A DNA stretch of 64,000 bases. It comes from Nitrosopumilus sp. (GTDB lineage: Archaea; Thermoproteota; Nitrososphaeria; Nitrososphaerales; Nitrosopumilaceae). The position numbers were made by a program, and so were the translations under genes. The notes below the pieces were generated by a model that saw nothing but the letters and a program-made list of their open reading frames with translations, ran no database searches and was not told the DNA's origin. How positions within the stretch are numbered: position 1 is the first letter of the stretch; every line of letters begins with the position of its first letter. Positions 39,228 to 49,548 of this stretch are shown one piece after another. The stretch lies in contig OZ242220.1 of assembly GCA_965206745.1 (NCBI GenBank), positions 1,024,001 through 1,088,000 of the forward strand, given 5' to 3'.

Positions 39228-40226
39228 TTACTCGATCTTTGAGATTTGGTAAATTTTCTGCCTTGCATCCCTAATTGAGACTTTCTTTTTGACATAGCCT
39301 TTTTTGAGCAAGTGGCTCAATGCCAGACGGACAGTTCTGTCAGGGAGCAATGTTTTGTTTGCCAAGTCTTTTTGAGTCAATGCGCCCTCATACTCCAAGG
39401 TCTTCAAAAGCAGCTTGGAGCTAGGTGGCATGCTAAGGAGTTCTTCTGCAAGATGTACTTTTTTTGCCAGTGCAGAGATTGCAGTAGAATCTTTTTTGAG
39501 TCGAATAATTTGTGCATGAGGGAAAAACTGTGTGCATTCAACAGTTTTCTTTACCTTGTATCTATCCAAGCCGTCCAAAACCACCTCACAGTACAGTCTT
39601 GCAGAGATATCATCAATCTCAATAGAACTGTTATTTGAGACAATGATTGGCCTGCGGGTTACATCAAGGGAGTTTACAGAGATTATCTCAAACACGGCAG
39701 AATCCTGAAACAGTACAGGTCCTCCGGCAGACATGGAATAGGCAGAAGAACCAATTGGTGTAGATACAATTATTCCGTCACTGTTATCGTGCCAAACCTC
39801 ATCTCCATTAACGCGTAATGTATGCTCCATCAGCATTGCACTCTTTGATGAGAAAACTGCAACGTCATTTAGCACAGGATAAACATTTTTTCCATCAATC
39901 TTGACACCGAGTCTTGGAACCTGTTCAACCTTGTAGTTTTGCTTCTTCAACAGGCCAACATATGATGAAAATTCCCGCAGTTCAATTTGAGCCAAAAATC
40001 CACTTGCCTCCCCTTCGTTGATTCCCAGTACAGGCAAGGTTGAATCAAAGGTACGGTGAAAATAGTTCCTCACCCCCTTATCACCGCCAAGCACAATGAT
40101 GCAATCGGCCTGTCTGTTCTTTGATTTTGTGATTGGAAAAGACGTGATTCCAGATTCATCGAGAATTTTTTTAATGGTCTTTGCAGCAGAATGTGTACTG
40201 TTTGAACCGTAAATGCCTATTTGCAT
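39228..40226 (-). CDS. NAD kinase-family protein fused to C-terminal MarR-like wHTH
   Basis: GGDKG, LND, DGIIVSTPIGSSAYSMSAGGP; tail LTQKDLA...RTVRLALSHLLKKG. Confidence 0.85.
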   Translation of the reverse strand: MQIGIYGSNSTHSAAKTIKKILDESGITSFPITKSKNRQADCIIVLGGDKGVRNYFHRTFDSTLPVLGINEGEASGFLAQIELREFSSYVGLLKKQNYKVEQVPRLGVKIDGKNVYPVLNDVAVFSSKSAMLMEHTLRVNGDEVWHDNSDGIIVSTPIGSSAYSMSAGGPVLFQDSAVFEIISVNSLDVTRRPIIVSNNSSIEIDDISARLYCEVVLDGLDRYKVKKTVECTQFFPHAQIIRLKKDSTAISALAKKVHLAEELLSMPPSSKLLLKTLEYEGALTQKDLANKTLLPDRTVRLALSHLLKKGYVKKKVSIRDARQKIYQISKIE

Positions 40227-40266
40227 AGAAGAATCATTGAATTTGGTTCAATAAAAGAATAACACA

Positions 40267-41136
40267 TCACAAGTCTCGAAATTTCACCAAATTGTAAAAA
40301 TATGAGGCATTTGTTTGGATTGTTCCTTTTTTAGGAATTTTTTGCAAACCCACGTTCTTTGATTCCAATGCGGCCTGCACAGCACCGCCTGCAAAACAGA
40401 GGGCCCACAAAAAATCCTTTTCTTTGAGCATGGTACAAGTAAACGTAGTAGAAAGAATATCGCCGATGCCTGTGGTATCATGAATTCGCATATTAGGCAA
40501 CACTATTGAATAAATTTTGTCTTTTGCCAACAGTGAGACAGTAGATTTGTCAGTCAGTAGCACGTACTTTACTCCTTTTTTCTGCAATGCCAGCATCATT
40601 TCATCATGAGTCCCATCAACAATTTGCCTGGATTCTTCGGGATTGACCTTGATTGCATCAACGCAGGATAAATCAAGATCAGTCTTTTCCAAGAAAATAT
40701 TATTTTGTGAGTCCTTGCGTCTCAAAAATCCCTGAGGATCAGCAAAAAGAAAATTTGAATCATTTTTTATTTTTTTAAATGTGTCATCAGATATCTCATG
40801 ATAGATAGGATTGACAATATGACCATCAGCGCTACTTTCAGAAACATCGATTGGCTCGCATTCATTTTCAAGTTTCAATGTTCTATCAGAGCCCGTAATC
40901 GAGATACTAAATTTCGTGGTATTTTTTTGTGATTCTGAATTTACAAGGTTGATTTTGTGTTCAGTCAAGTACTGTTTGGGAAAATCAGGTCCAAACTTTG
41001 TAAACAAATCCACATCAAACTTGAATTGCCTTGCAGTAATTCCAGAATAACAGGCAGCACCGCCAATTTGCTCATAGTTATTTCCACCAATTGTGATGGT
41101 GTCTATTGCGCAATGGGAAAAAATGGCCAGTTTCAT
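40267..41136 (-). CDS. PfkB-family carbohydrate/nucleoside kinase
   Basis: GGAACY near the N-terminus, DPQG, DTTGIGD. Confidence 0.85.
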   Translation of the reverse strand: MKLAIFSHCAIDTITIGGNNYEQIGGAACYSGITARQFKFDVDLFTKFGPDFPKQYLTEHKINLVNSESQKNTTKFSISITGSDRTLKLENECEPIDVSESSADGHIVNPIYHEISDDTFKKIKNDSNFLFADPQGFLRRKDSQNNIFLEKTDLDLSCVDAIKVNPEESRQIVDGTHDEMMLALQKKGVKYVLLTDKSTVSLLAKDKIYSIVLPNMRIHDTTGIGDILSTTFTCTMLKEKDFLWALCFAGGAVQAALESKNVGLQKIPKKGTIQTNASYFYNLVKFRDL

Positions 41137-41398
41137 GTCTCTTGTCTTTGATCAGTTCTGATTTAGTTTTTTGCATTTTTTTTATCTATGCAGTCCTGAC
41201 AGATTATATCACCGTGAATTACCACTACCTCAACCCCGGACCTAAAGCAACTATGGCACAGACCACGCATGAGATATCATTAGGATTTATTCGATCTAGG
41301 ATTAAAACATGTAGAACATTCAGTCCAGTTCTAGGCACAAAAAAGAAGATTTCGTGAAAATTCTACAAGAATATAAGTAGGCAAATTTGCTCATCATC

Positions 41399-41686
41399 AT
41401 GCCACTTAAACGTGCAAGTAGAGGCCGTACAAAAGGAGGGAAAGGATCCTCTGGAACTGTACAATGCACAAACTGTGGACAGACAGTGCCAAAAGATAAG
41501 GCAAAAAAAGTCACATCCAAATTAAACCTAGTTGAGCATACATTGGCAAAGGAGCTACGCGCACAGGGAGCATACATTGCATCACCCACAGTTTTGAAAC
41601 ATTATTGCATCTCGTGTGCAATTCATTTCAAAATTCTAAAGATTAGATCAGCGGACAATAGAAGAAAACGCGGAAAACTTCGCTAG
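41399..41686 (+). CDS. rps26e: 30S ribosomal protein S26e
   Basis: MPLKRASRGR, VQCTNCG..VPKDKA, YCISCAIH. Confidence 0.95.
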   Translation: MPLKRASRGRTKGGKGSSGTVQCTNCGQTVPKDKAKKVTSKLNLVEHTLAKELRAQGAYIASPTVLKHYCISCAIHFKILKIRSADNRRKRGKLR

Positions 41687-41688
41687 TA

Positions 41689-42270
41689 TCACTCTTTGAT
41701 GTTTTTTGCAGTGAAAACCATTCTTTGTATCAGGGTGATTCCCGCAATTATCACCACTATGACCACGGCATATTCCATAAAGCCGACCATGCCGATTATT
41801 CCAATTACCAAAAGCCTTTCAGCCCGCTCACCGATTCCAATTCCCTGAAGTTTTATGCCAATAATGTCCGATTTTGATCTTGCATAGCTTACCAACAGTG
41901 ACAGAGTGATTGCAAGTAATACAAGATAGGGTTCGGCATATCCGCCAACAAGGATTCCTAAAAATATTGCAACCTCTGCAATCTTGTCAAACATCGAATC
42001 AAGATATTCTCCTTTTTTGGAAGTCTTTCCAGTTATCCTGGCAACCTGACCATCAACCATATCAAAAAATCCTGAGGCAAGCAGCAACACACCGCCAATA
42101 ACCAATCCAAACTCAATTCCCATACCATATACAACTGCAGATACCAGTGCAAATCCCAACCCTACAAAGGTCCAGAAATTTGCAGACAGTCCAGTGGATG
42201 CAAACCCTTTGCCAATCTTTTCCAAAGTGGGTCCAAGTCTATCCCGCAGATTATTTAACACGAGATACAC
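41689..42270 (-). CDS. CDP-alcohol phosphatidyltransferase (archaetidylinositol-phosphate synthase-like)
   Basis: DMVDGQVAR...G..LDSMFD, SYAR, GIGERAER. Confidence 0.9.
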   Translation of the reverse strand: MYLVLNNLRDRLGPTLEKIGKGFASTGLSANFWTFVGLGFALVSAVVYGMGIEFGLVIGGVLLLASGFFDMVDGQVARITGKTSKKGEYLDSMFDKIAEVAIFLGILVGGYAEPYLVLLAITLSLLVSYARSKSDIIGIKLQGIGIGERAERLLVIGIIGMVGFMEYAVVIVVIIAGITLIQRMVFTAKNIKE

Positions 42271-42457
42271 TCAAAACACCATCTAATAAAGTCAACAGAC
42301 GTAAAAAGGAGGCAAGACAGGCTAAAAAACCGCCAATCTGCACAGAATTATGGAATCAGGATAAATTGCAATGTCAGACATATGATGGGTGCCAGGTATT
42401 TTGACTAGACTGGTATAGTTTGATTTTTACAAAATCAGATGCGCAGATTGTAAAATG

Positions 42458-43333
42458 TCAGCCATTTTGAGACAGGTTAATTGCAATCAGAGTGGAGATA
42501 ATCTTTGCGGCCAGGGATGCAGTGGCGCCATTGTCATGATAAGGGTTTAACTCAACGATATCAACGCCGGTAACTTTGGTCTCTTCAAACGTGTGAATCA
42601 TATCAAAGAGTTCTCTGGAGGTTATCCCCACAGCTTCCGGATTGCCAACGCCGGGGGCGTATGCAGGGTCTAGAACATCAAGATCAAAGCTAGAATAAAC
42701 TGCATCAAATGAAGATACGTGGTCTTTTAGAAGGCCAGGCCCCTTGCCGTCTCGTATTTGTTTGTCAGTGATTGTCTTGATTTTGTTTTCAGCAAGAAAC
42801 TCCAACTCTTCCTTGACAAATGCCCTTGCACCAACATGCAAAATATTTTCAGAGCCTCTCTCCTCCACAATCCGTCTCAGGTAGGATGCGTGGCTTAGAT
42901 TAGTGTCTGCAAACTCATCACGTAAATCATAATGTGCGTCAAAGACTACATACCCAGTCTCTTTTGGAAAACTGGTATACGTGCCATATGTGATTGAATG
43001 CTCACCGCCCAAAATGAACAACTGCCTCTGTTTTGCCACAAGTTCGGCTGTGATTTTTTTTACCATGTCAACCATTTCAGATGCAACCACGGTGTGGCGA
43101 GTATTTCCCAAATCCTCGATGCTGGCAGACTCTAGATCAACTCCGAGTTCCGGATGAAAGATCTCAATGTTGTTAAATGAATCACGAATGGCATCAGGCC
43201 CAAATCTGCATCCGGGCTTGTAAGAGTGGGTGGCATCAAATGGGATTCCAAATATCGTTGCCACAGGCTCAGAATCATCATCAGATGCAGTGATTAGCGG
43301 GTTGTTATTCATGTAGAGATCAATGTAACTCAT
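42458..43333 (-). CDS. speB: agmatinase
   Basis: GGEHS, FDAHYD, FDLDVLDP..APGVG. Confidence 0.93.
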   Translation of the reverse strand: MSYIDLYMNNNPLITASDDDSEPVATIFGIPFDATHSYKPGCRFGPDAIRDSFNNIEIFHPELGVDLESASIEDLGNTRHTVVASEMVDMVKKITAELVAKQRQLFILGGEHSITYGTYTSFPKETGYVVFDAHYDLRDEFADTNLSHASYLRRIVEERGSENILHVGARAFVKEELEFLAENKIKTITDKQIRDGKGPGLLKDHVSSFDAVYSSFDLDVLDPAYAPGVGNPEAVGITSRELFDMIHTFEETKVTGVDIVELNPYHDNGATASLAAKIISTLIAINLSQNG

Positions 43334-43336
43334 TTT

Positions 43337-45205
43337 TTACACCATCAAATTGGGTCTTGCCGAGAGATGTCTAGGCTGATTCAAGCCAGTAAACGGCTTG
43401 CCTCGGGTTATCTCTTTAATTTCATTGATAAAATCATCAAATGGCAACTCACGTACGTCACCTGTTTGTCGCTGACGAATGTTAAGATTTTGCGAGCTTG
43501 CCTCTTTCTTGCCAATGACCAGAATGTATCCAATCCATTCTTTTTCAGCCTCACGAATTCTTTTTGCAATACTTTCGTTTCTGTCATCAATATCAACACG
43601 CACATCATTTGCAGATATTTTGTTGCAGAGGGATTCGGCAAATTCGGTAAACTCTTCCCCAAGAGGAATGATTCGGACTTGGGTAGGAGCTAGCCAAAGT
43701 GGAAACTGAGGCTTTCGTCCCTCGTAGGAATCTTTGGCTGCCTTTTCCAACAAGGCATAGATTATCCGCTCTATTGCACCACTGGGGGAGTTGTGCAAGA
43801 TGATGGGATTTTGCTTTACATTGTTCTCATCAACAAAGTCAATCCCATATCTGTGCCCATTTTCCACATCAATCTGATCAGTTGACAAAGCAGATGCCTT
43901 TCCCAGTCCGTCTATAAAGTTAAACTCCCATTTCAACACAAAGTAAAAGAACTTGTCCTTCCACATTTCAACTAGAACAGGCCGTCCATGTTTCCTTACC
44001 AGTTCCTCGATGGACTGTCTATTGGTATTGTAAAAGTCCTCGGTGAATCGGATTGCCATATCATAGTCAGATTCACAGATTCCAAGATCTCTAAGAACGC
44101 TCTGTGAAAGATCAAATCTAATCTTGATTTCATCGATTGCCTGGGGCATATCTTTGCAAAAGGCATGGCAGTCAGGCATGGTAAATGCCCTTAATCGCCT
44201 CAAACCAACTAGCTCCCCAGATTGTTCTCGCCTAAAGCTATAACGTGTCAACTCGTAGAGCTTGTAGGGCAAATTCTTGTATGATAATTGGTATTGGTTG
44301 GCCATGAGGAATTGGCCAAAACATGCAGCAAATCTCAAAAAGAGTTTCTTGCCCTCAGAGTCAATATTGTACTGTCTTGCAGGGAATCGATTAAAGTAGC
44401 TGACCATGCTTGGATGCTCTGAATCGTACATGATCGGGGTTTCAACCTCATAGCCGCCATACTCTTTGACCCTGTCAGTGACATATCGCTCAATTAGTGA
44501 TTTGATTAAGCGTCCGTTAGGATAAAACCTCATGTTTCCAGAATCAGAAGCAGGTTCGTAATCTGCAATTCCCATCTTCTTCATCAATGCAACATGTGGG
44601 GGCGGTCTATCCACTTTGCGAACTTTTGCAGATTCGTATTTTGCCAAGACCTCCAATTTTGGATGTTTGGAAAAGTCATAGTCGCCGATATTGGTCATTG
44701 TCCCATCAGGGGAGAGTATCTTCCAGACAGAGCGGATTTTGGATTCGCCTTTGAGTGCATCTGAAGTCAATTCCTCCTCAGGCTTTGCAGTTGCAGAGTC
44801 TTTTGTTACGACCTTGGAACTTTCTGCCAGAGGGTGGCCCTTTACTTGGATTTTGTAAGATTTGGTCCAGCCAAAGGGGGAATGTGACACTTCAAGTCCT
44901 GACGAACTATTCTCCATCTCTTTGAGCAAAGTCATCGCAGTTGAAGGCTTTGCAAGATTGGAGCTAAGATGAGCATAAGGGTACAGCAGTAATTTTTTGC
45001 ATCCAATTTTTTCCATAGATGCCTTTATCTGAGATATTGCATTTTGTGCCACAGAGGAATCATCACCGTCCTCAATTGCAACAAAGGCCACCACTAGTTC
45101 TTCTAGCCTTTGGGTCTGAGGGTTCTCGATGTCTTCGGCAGACTGAATCTCTTTTTTTGTCGGAGTGTACTCTATGTGATCACAGTGGAGTTGCAATATA
45201 CGCAT
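43337..45205 (-). CDS. thrS: threonyl-tRNA synthetase (archaeal type with editing domain)
   Basis: MRILQLH, YPYAHLS, PFGW, LRFAAC, FRREQSGE, HNSPSGAIER. Confidence 0.97.
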   Translation of the reverse strand: MRILQLHCDHIEYTPTKKEIQSAEDIENPQTQRLEELVVAFVAIEDGDDSSVAQNAISQIKASMEKIGCKKLLLYPYAHLSSNLAKPSTAMTLLKEMENSSSGLEVSHSPFGWTKSYKIQVKGHPLAESSKVVTKDSATAKPEEELTSDALKGESKIRSVWKILSPDGTMTNIGDYDFSKHPKLEVLAKYESAKVRKVDRPPPHVALMKKMGIADYEPASDSGNMRFYPNGRLIKSLIERYVTDRVKEYGGYEVETPIMYDSEHPSMVSYFNRFPARQYNIDSEGKKLFLRFAACFGQFLMANQYQLSYKNLPYKLYELTRYSFRREQSGELVGLRRLRAFTMPDCHAFCKDMPQAIDEIKIRFDLSQSVLRDLGICESDYDMAIRFTEDFYNTNRQSIEELVRKHGRPVLVEMWKDKFFYFVLKWEFNFIDGLGKASALSTDQIDVENGHRYGIDFVDENNVKQNPIILHNSPSGAIERIIYALLEKAAKDSYEGRKPQFPLWLAPTQVRIIPLGEEFTEFAESLCNKISANDVRVDIDDRNESIAKRIREAEKEWIGYILVIGKKEASSQNLNIRQRQTGDVRELPFDDFINEIKEITRGKPFTGLNQPRHLSARPNLMV

Positions 45206-45347
45206 GTTAAGAGATGTCAAAATGGGCATAAATATACGATTCCCAAAAACGGAATAATCTCAAAAAAGGTCGACATTTTGAGAGGTCTTTAGGGAATAAT
45301 TCAAAGGGTTTCTATTGAAATTTATTTAAAATCAACACAGATTGCTC

Positions 45348-45497
45348 ATGCAAGGTAAAAAAGATGAGCGCAGACACCGAGAATTGCTCAAAGAGAGGGA
45401 GGAGATGGAGAAAAACAGGCCGCACGGCATTGATGAGATGAGAAGATGGAAGCATACGATGGGGAAGATTTTGCAAGAGTTGGAACTATACAAGTGA
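45348..45497 (+). CDS. small hypothetical protein (49 aa)
   Basis: Manual translation MQGKKDERRHRELLKEREEMEKNRPHGIDEMRRWKHTMGKILQELELYK*; tttatttaaa TATA-like element upstream. Confidence 0.5.
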   Translation: MQGKKDERRHRELLKEREEMEKNRPHGIDEMRRWKHTMGKILQELELYK

Positions 45498-45558
45498 ACT
45501 AGTCAGATACATTTTAGATCTAAATTCAAATGTACCAGAGGAATAAATCAGGCATAAA

Positions 45559-46056
45559 ATGAAATCATCAGATGTTTTTAGGAAAAGGGATCTCTCCAAA
45601 ATTAACTTCGAGTATGAGGAATTGATTGGCAGGGACTTGTCAGATTCTAACATGAAAGGGGTCAACCTCAAAAACAGGGACATCCACAATGCCAATCTGA
45701 GCTGCACAGACCTTAGCGAAGCTGATTTGAGCGGTGCAATATTATTTCATGTGAAAATGAGGGGTGCAGACTTGCAGATGGCAAAGCTCTCAAATGCAAA
45801 ACTATGGGATGCCGAACTGTATGGGGCAGACATGCGAGGGGCAGACATTAGAGGTGCAGACTTGTTTTATGCGGATTTGCGCAGTGCGGATTTGAGCGGT
45901 GCCAATCTCAGGGGAGTCAATCTCAGACATGCTAATTTTCAGGGAGCTGTGCTAAAATCAACAGATTTTCACGGAGCTAACTACGATTCGCACACGCTAG
46001 ATACAGTCTCAGATGATGCAAAAAACCAATTAAAAGAACAAGGCAGATCATGGTAA
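45559..46056 (+). CDS. pentapeptide repeat protein
   Basis: A(D/N)LxG repeats. Confidence 0.92.
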   Translation: MKSSDVFRKRDLSKINFEYEELIGRDLSDSNMKGVNLKNRDIHNANLSCTDLSEADLSGAILFHVKMRGADLQMAKLSNAKLWDAELYGADMRGADIRGADLFYADLRSADLSGANLRGVNLRHANFQGAVLKSTDFHGANYDSHTLDTVSDDAKNQLKEQGRSW

Positions 46057-46101
46057 GATAAATTGAAATTTCAAAACAGAGACAGATTCAAAATTCACAG
46101 A

Positions 46102-46437
46102 TCACTTTGTCTTTCCCCTCAATGTTATAATTGAACGCAGGATTAGTCCGGATATCCCCAAGTTGGAGGTGAGAAATTCAGTCGCCCTTGCCAGGGGGTC
46201 CTCTCCACGAAACCCCTCATCATAAATCATTTCAACTGAACCGCGATTAGTCTCAACAAAGGAAGTAATCAGTGAAAAATCACCTAGTCGGGCATCAGTC
46301 CTTTCGACGTATAACCTCAATTCAACTTTGGAGATTATGAATTCGTCTTGGATGAAATTCCCAGATGAAAGCAAAACGTCAACATCGTTAGGAGTCCTAT
46401 CAACCCTTGCAGGATCATGCAAATCAACTATGTCCAT
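46102..46437 (-). CDS. hypothetical protein
   Basis: Start reassigned to MDIVDLHD to avoid overlap with the next gene. Confidence 0.65.
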   Translation of the reverse strand: MDIVDLHDPARVDRTPNDVDVLLSSGNFIQDEFIISKVELRLYVERTDARLGDFSLITSFVETNRGSVEMIYDEGFRGEDPLARATEFLTSNLGISGLILRSIITLRGKTK

Positions 46438-46535
46438 TTGATATCGTTTTATATCATTGCTAAATAAGTGATAAATGCAAACGATTTTTGCATCATTTTC
46501 GATAGCATTATTTACTGAAAAAATGATTTTCAGAC

Positions 46536-47624
46536 ATGGATCCTCACAGATTTCATGGCAAAGATATCCCTCACATAAAATTGGATCCGAAAATGACAAT
46601 AGAGGACTTGGTGGATGTTTTTGCAAATTCAGGGTATAACGGACGTCAGTTAGGAGATGCTGCCAAACTGTACGCAAAAATGATCAAAGAGGATGCGACA
46701 ATTTGCCTGACAGTTTCAGGTGCAATGACGCCGGTAGGATTTGGAGGGATAATCAAAACCCTAATCGAGAGAGGGTTTGTGGACTGGATCGTCACAACTG
46801 GTGCCAATGTGTATCACGAGGATCATTTTGCATGGGGCCTGCCAGTGAAGCAAGGAAGTTTTGATGTCGATGACATGAAGCTGTATGAGAATGAAATTGT
46901 CAGGATCAGAGATGTGTATATCAAGTTTCATGAAACGCTAGAAGTCCAGGATGAACTAATACAAAAAATGTTCGGGGATGATTTTCCAGACAAGCCATTT
47001 ACGACTGCAGAGTTTTGCAACTTGATGGGAAAGATGAGTAAGGAAAAGGCAAAGTATCCTGAAAAAAGTTTCGTCACGGCAGCATATGACTATGATGTTC
47101 CAGTATACATTTCAACAATAAAAGACTCGTCGCTGGCATTGGACCTGGCAGTTCACAGATTGCGAGGTAAAACATACAGTTTGGATTTTCTAAGGGAGAT
47201 CATCGAGCAAGCAGCCATTCTGTATGATTCTGAAAAATCAGGAATTGTAGAATTGGGCGGAGGCGTTCCAAAAAATACGGCCCAGCAGACAGGCCCACTA
47301 TTGGATCAAATTCTAAAAAGAGAGGACGGGGGACAGGACTATATCATCCAGATTACAGATGCGCGTCCAGACACGGGAGGTCTGTCAGGAGCTACGCTTC
47401 AAGAAGGAAAAAGCTGGGGCAAAATCCAAGACGCACATAATGGAATGGTTACAGTCTATGTAGATGCAACAATAGCATTTCCGATTCTTGCACTGTATGT
47501 TCTCAGCAATCAGAAAACCAGAAAGCCAAAAAGACTTTACAAGAAGCTAGGCAGCCTGTACAAAAATCTAAGTGACGACTATTTCAAAAATCCAGATAAT
47601 AAAAAACCCAAGAAGGAGAACTAA
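46536..47624 (+). CDS. deoxyhypusine synthase-like / homospermidine biosynthesis protein
   Basis: SGAM, TGAN, LGGGVPKN, GGLSGAT..EGKSWGK, DATIAFP. Confidence 0.88.
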   Translation: MDPHRFHGKDIPHIKLDPKMTIEDLVDVFANSGYNGRQLGDAAKLYAKMIKEDATICLTVSGAMTPVGFGGIIKTLIERGFVDWIVTTGANVYHEDHFAWGLPVKQGSFDVDDMKLYENEIVRIRDVYIKFHETLEVQDELIQKMFGDDFPDKPFTTAEFCNLMGKMSKEKAKYPEKSFVTAAYDYDVPVYISTIKDSSLALDLAVHRLRGKTYSLDFLREIIEQAAILYDSEKSGIVELGGGVPKNTAQQTGPLLDQILKREDGGQDYIIQITDARPDTGGLSGATLQEGKSWGKIQDAHNGMVTVYVDATIAFPILALYVLSNQKTRKPKRLYKKLGSLYKNLSDDYFKNPDNKKPKKEN

Positions 47625-47833
47625 AACTTGTCAAATCGTGCACGTTCAAGATCACGATCGTCTTTAGATTCTTTCTTGTATTCTTTGTAATGAGCTTTGC
47701 AGAGGACGGTTTTTTTTCCAGTTGAATTTACGCGAAGCCCAGCGTTTTCAACTTTGCTAGTATTAAGAGAACGAGCACCATCCTGATCACAGCCATCATA
47801 GTTACATTTTGCTCCTTTGGACACTATTCCCAT
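47621..47833 (-). CDS. conserved small archaeal Cys/His protein
   Basis: CNYDGC...RS...LCKAHYKEYKK. Confidence 0.7.
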   Translation of the reverse strand: MGIVSKGAKCNYDGCDQDGARSLNTSKVENAGLRVNSTGKKTVLCKAHYKEYKKESKDDRDLERARFDKF

Positions 47834-47955
47834 GTAAACCGATATTCAAGATGTTATTTATACTTGAAAACGATTTGAAGGTTTGATATCATCACCAAAG
47901 CAGTAGATGTGAAAATGGTTCATCGTTTATAAGAGGAATATTTTTTTCTAAAAAT

Positions 47956-48264
47956 ATGGGCGGAGGAAAAAAGCCAACATCTGGAAACAAAGACAGATCA
48001 GCAGGCTCCAAAGACACAAAGAAAAAGAAAGACAAGGGCGAGGGTGGCCCAAGGAAAGCAGAGATCACAGTTATCGTAAATGAACAGCAAGCGTTAAAAA
48101 TTATTCAAAATTCCAAAGTACTCACAGTACAAGATCTTGCAAGACAGACCGGCGTTAAAATTTCAGCGGCAAACGCATTTCTAATAGAGTCTACAAGCAA
48201 AGGAATTGTAAAAAGAGTCGGCGGATATTCTGGTCATCATTTGTATCAGGCAGTATCTTCATAG
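47956..48264 (+). CDS. rps25e: 30S ribosomal protein S25e
   Basis: MGGGKKP basic N-terminus; LTVQDLARQTGVKISAA wHTH. Confidence 0.85.
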   Translation: MGGGKKPTSGNKDRSAGSKDTKKKKDKGEGGPRKAEITVIVNEQQALKIIQNSKVLTVQDLARQTGVKISAANAFLIESTSKGIVKRVGGYSGHHLYQAVSS

Positions 48265-48632
48265 ATACAAAGAACATCTCCAGATTTAACATCGTTGAGC
48301 ACCCCAGTATCCCCATCAAGTCTTCCTATAGGAGTCATAGCTTTTGTAAATACCGCATCATTTAAGAAAAAACACAGACTCCCAGTAGAAGGCAAAAATG
48401 CAACATCGCCTTTTTTGAATTCAGTTCTTGATCTTTCAATTCCAGAATCAATACTAGATTCAAAGTACAGAATGCTTTTTCCAAGCAAGTGGGCATGTCC
48501 CTCCAATGGCAGGGATCTCAGGATAGTTCCAACGGTTCTCGGGGACAAGTGTCGTTTTAGATCACATGAGATTTTTGCCTTTCCACGGATTTCCAAAACT
48601 AGTTGTTTTCTAGAGACTGACGATATACTCAA
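48246..48632 (-). CDS. cyclophilin-like fold protein (TM1367/DUF369-like)
   Basis: SPRTV..I..SLP, LYF, KGDVAF.P...LCFF. Confidence 0.75.
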   Translation of the reverse strand: MSISSVSRKQLVLEIRGKAKISCDLKRHLSPRTVGTILRSLPLEGHAHLLGKSILYFESSIDSGIERSRTEFKKGDVAFLPSTGSLCFFLNDAVFTKAMTPIGRLDGDTGVLNDVKSGDVLCIYEDTA

Positions 48633-48684
48633 TTCGTTCTTTAAAATGATTAGATTATATAACGTTTTAAGGAAATTTTCTTAC

Positions 48685-49179
48685 TTGCCTGATGTTAATG
48701 AACCTGAATTGATTGAAGCTCCACAGCCCGAAGAAGAGGCAGTTGTGGAGGTTGAGGAAAATGCAGGGCTGAACAAGGCACTAGAGACGTATCGGAAACT
48801 AATCGACAGAAAAGATCTAAAAGAGCCACTGACAGAAAAAGAACAAGACAGTCTCGAAAAAAAAATCAAAGAGATTGAAAACAGAGAGGTTGTTGAGAAG
48901 GTCGAAGAACACGAACCAGTCGAAATTCCTTGTGAGAAGAACAAAATTACAATTGGCCCGCCAACGTTGACAAGATTTGAAAAGGCAAGAATCATGGGAG
49001 CCAGAGCACTGCAATTATCGTTAGGTGCACCGCCATTTATCCCAATTCCAAAATCAGCTAGGATTTCATTGGATATATCAATGGAAGAACTAGATCAAAG
49101 AGTGATCCCGATCACAATCAGAAGAGTACTTCCCAACGGCGATTATCAAAACATCCCAATTGATTACTTTGAGAAATGA
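48685..49179 (+). CDS. rpoK: DNA-directed RNA polymerase subunit K (Rpo6) with acidic N-terminal extension
   Basis: LTRFEKARIMGARALQLSLGAP, IPITIRRVLPNG; probable TTG start at 48685. Confidence 0.93.
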   Translation: MPDVNEPELIEAPQPEEEAVVEVEENAGLNKALETYRKLIDRKDLKEPLTEKEQDSLEKKIKEIENREVVEKVEEHEPVEIPCEKNKITIGPPTLTRFEKARIMGARALQLSLGAPPFIPIPKSARISLDISMEELDQRVIPITIRRVLPNGDYQNIPIDYFEK

Positions 49180-49230
49180 ATCAATGGTCGATAAAACTTA
49201 AAAGAACATAAAATTTCTAAATAGTGAATA

Positions 49231-49548
49231 ATGCTCATGGAAGAGACAACTAACCTATACAGTCAAGAGCAGATCGAGAAACTTGAAGGTACCACAATAC
49301 AAATTGGAAATTATCCGGTAATGGAGTCAGCCATAGAGGTATTGGAGATTCTTGGCAGAAGGAAGAAGGTAATTCTAAAATCCAAAGGGAACTCGATTCC
49401 TAACGCAGTGGCAATAGCAAACATCATTACAGAAAAAATGCTCAAAGGAAACTCCCGTGTTCAAAAAATCAAACTCGACACAGTTGCCGCTGCAGGTATC
49501 GGTGATATGACATCAACGATTGAGATTATTTTGATTAAAACTCAGTAA
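49231..49548 (+). CDS. alba: Alba-family DNA/RNA-binding protein
   Basis: IQIG..PVM, VILKSKGNSIPNAV, STIEIIL. Confidence 0.8.
   Translation: MLMEETTNLYSQEQIEKLEGTTIQIGNYPVMESAIEVLEILGRRKKVILKSKGNSIPNAVAIANIITEKMLKGNSRVQKIKLDTVAAAGIGDMTSTIEIILIKTQ

Noticed and set aside
48295-48684. Long N-terminal extension of the RpoK ORF (294 aa)
   Set aside because: Overlaps the opposite-strand cyclophilin-like gene; the true start is likely TTG 48685
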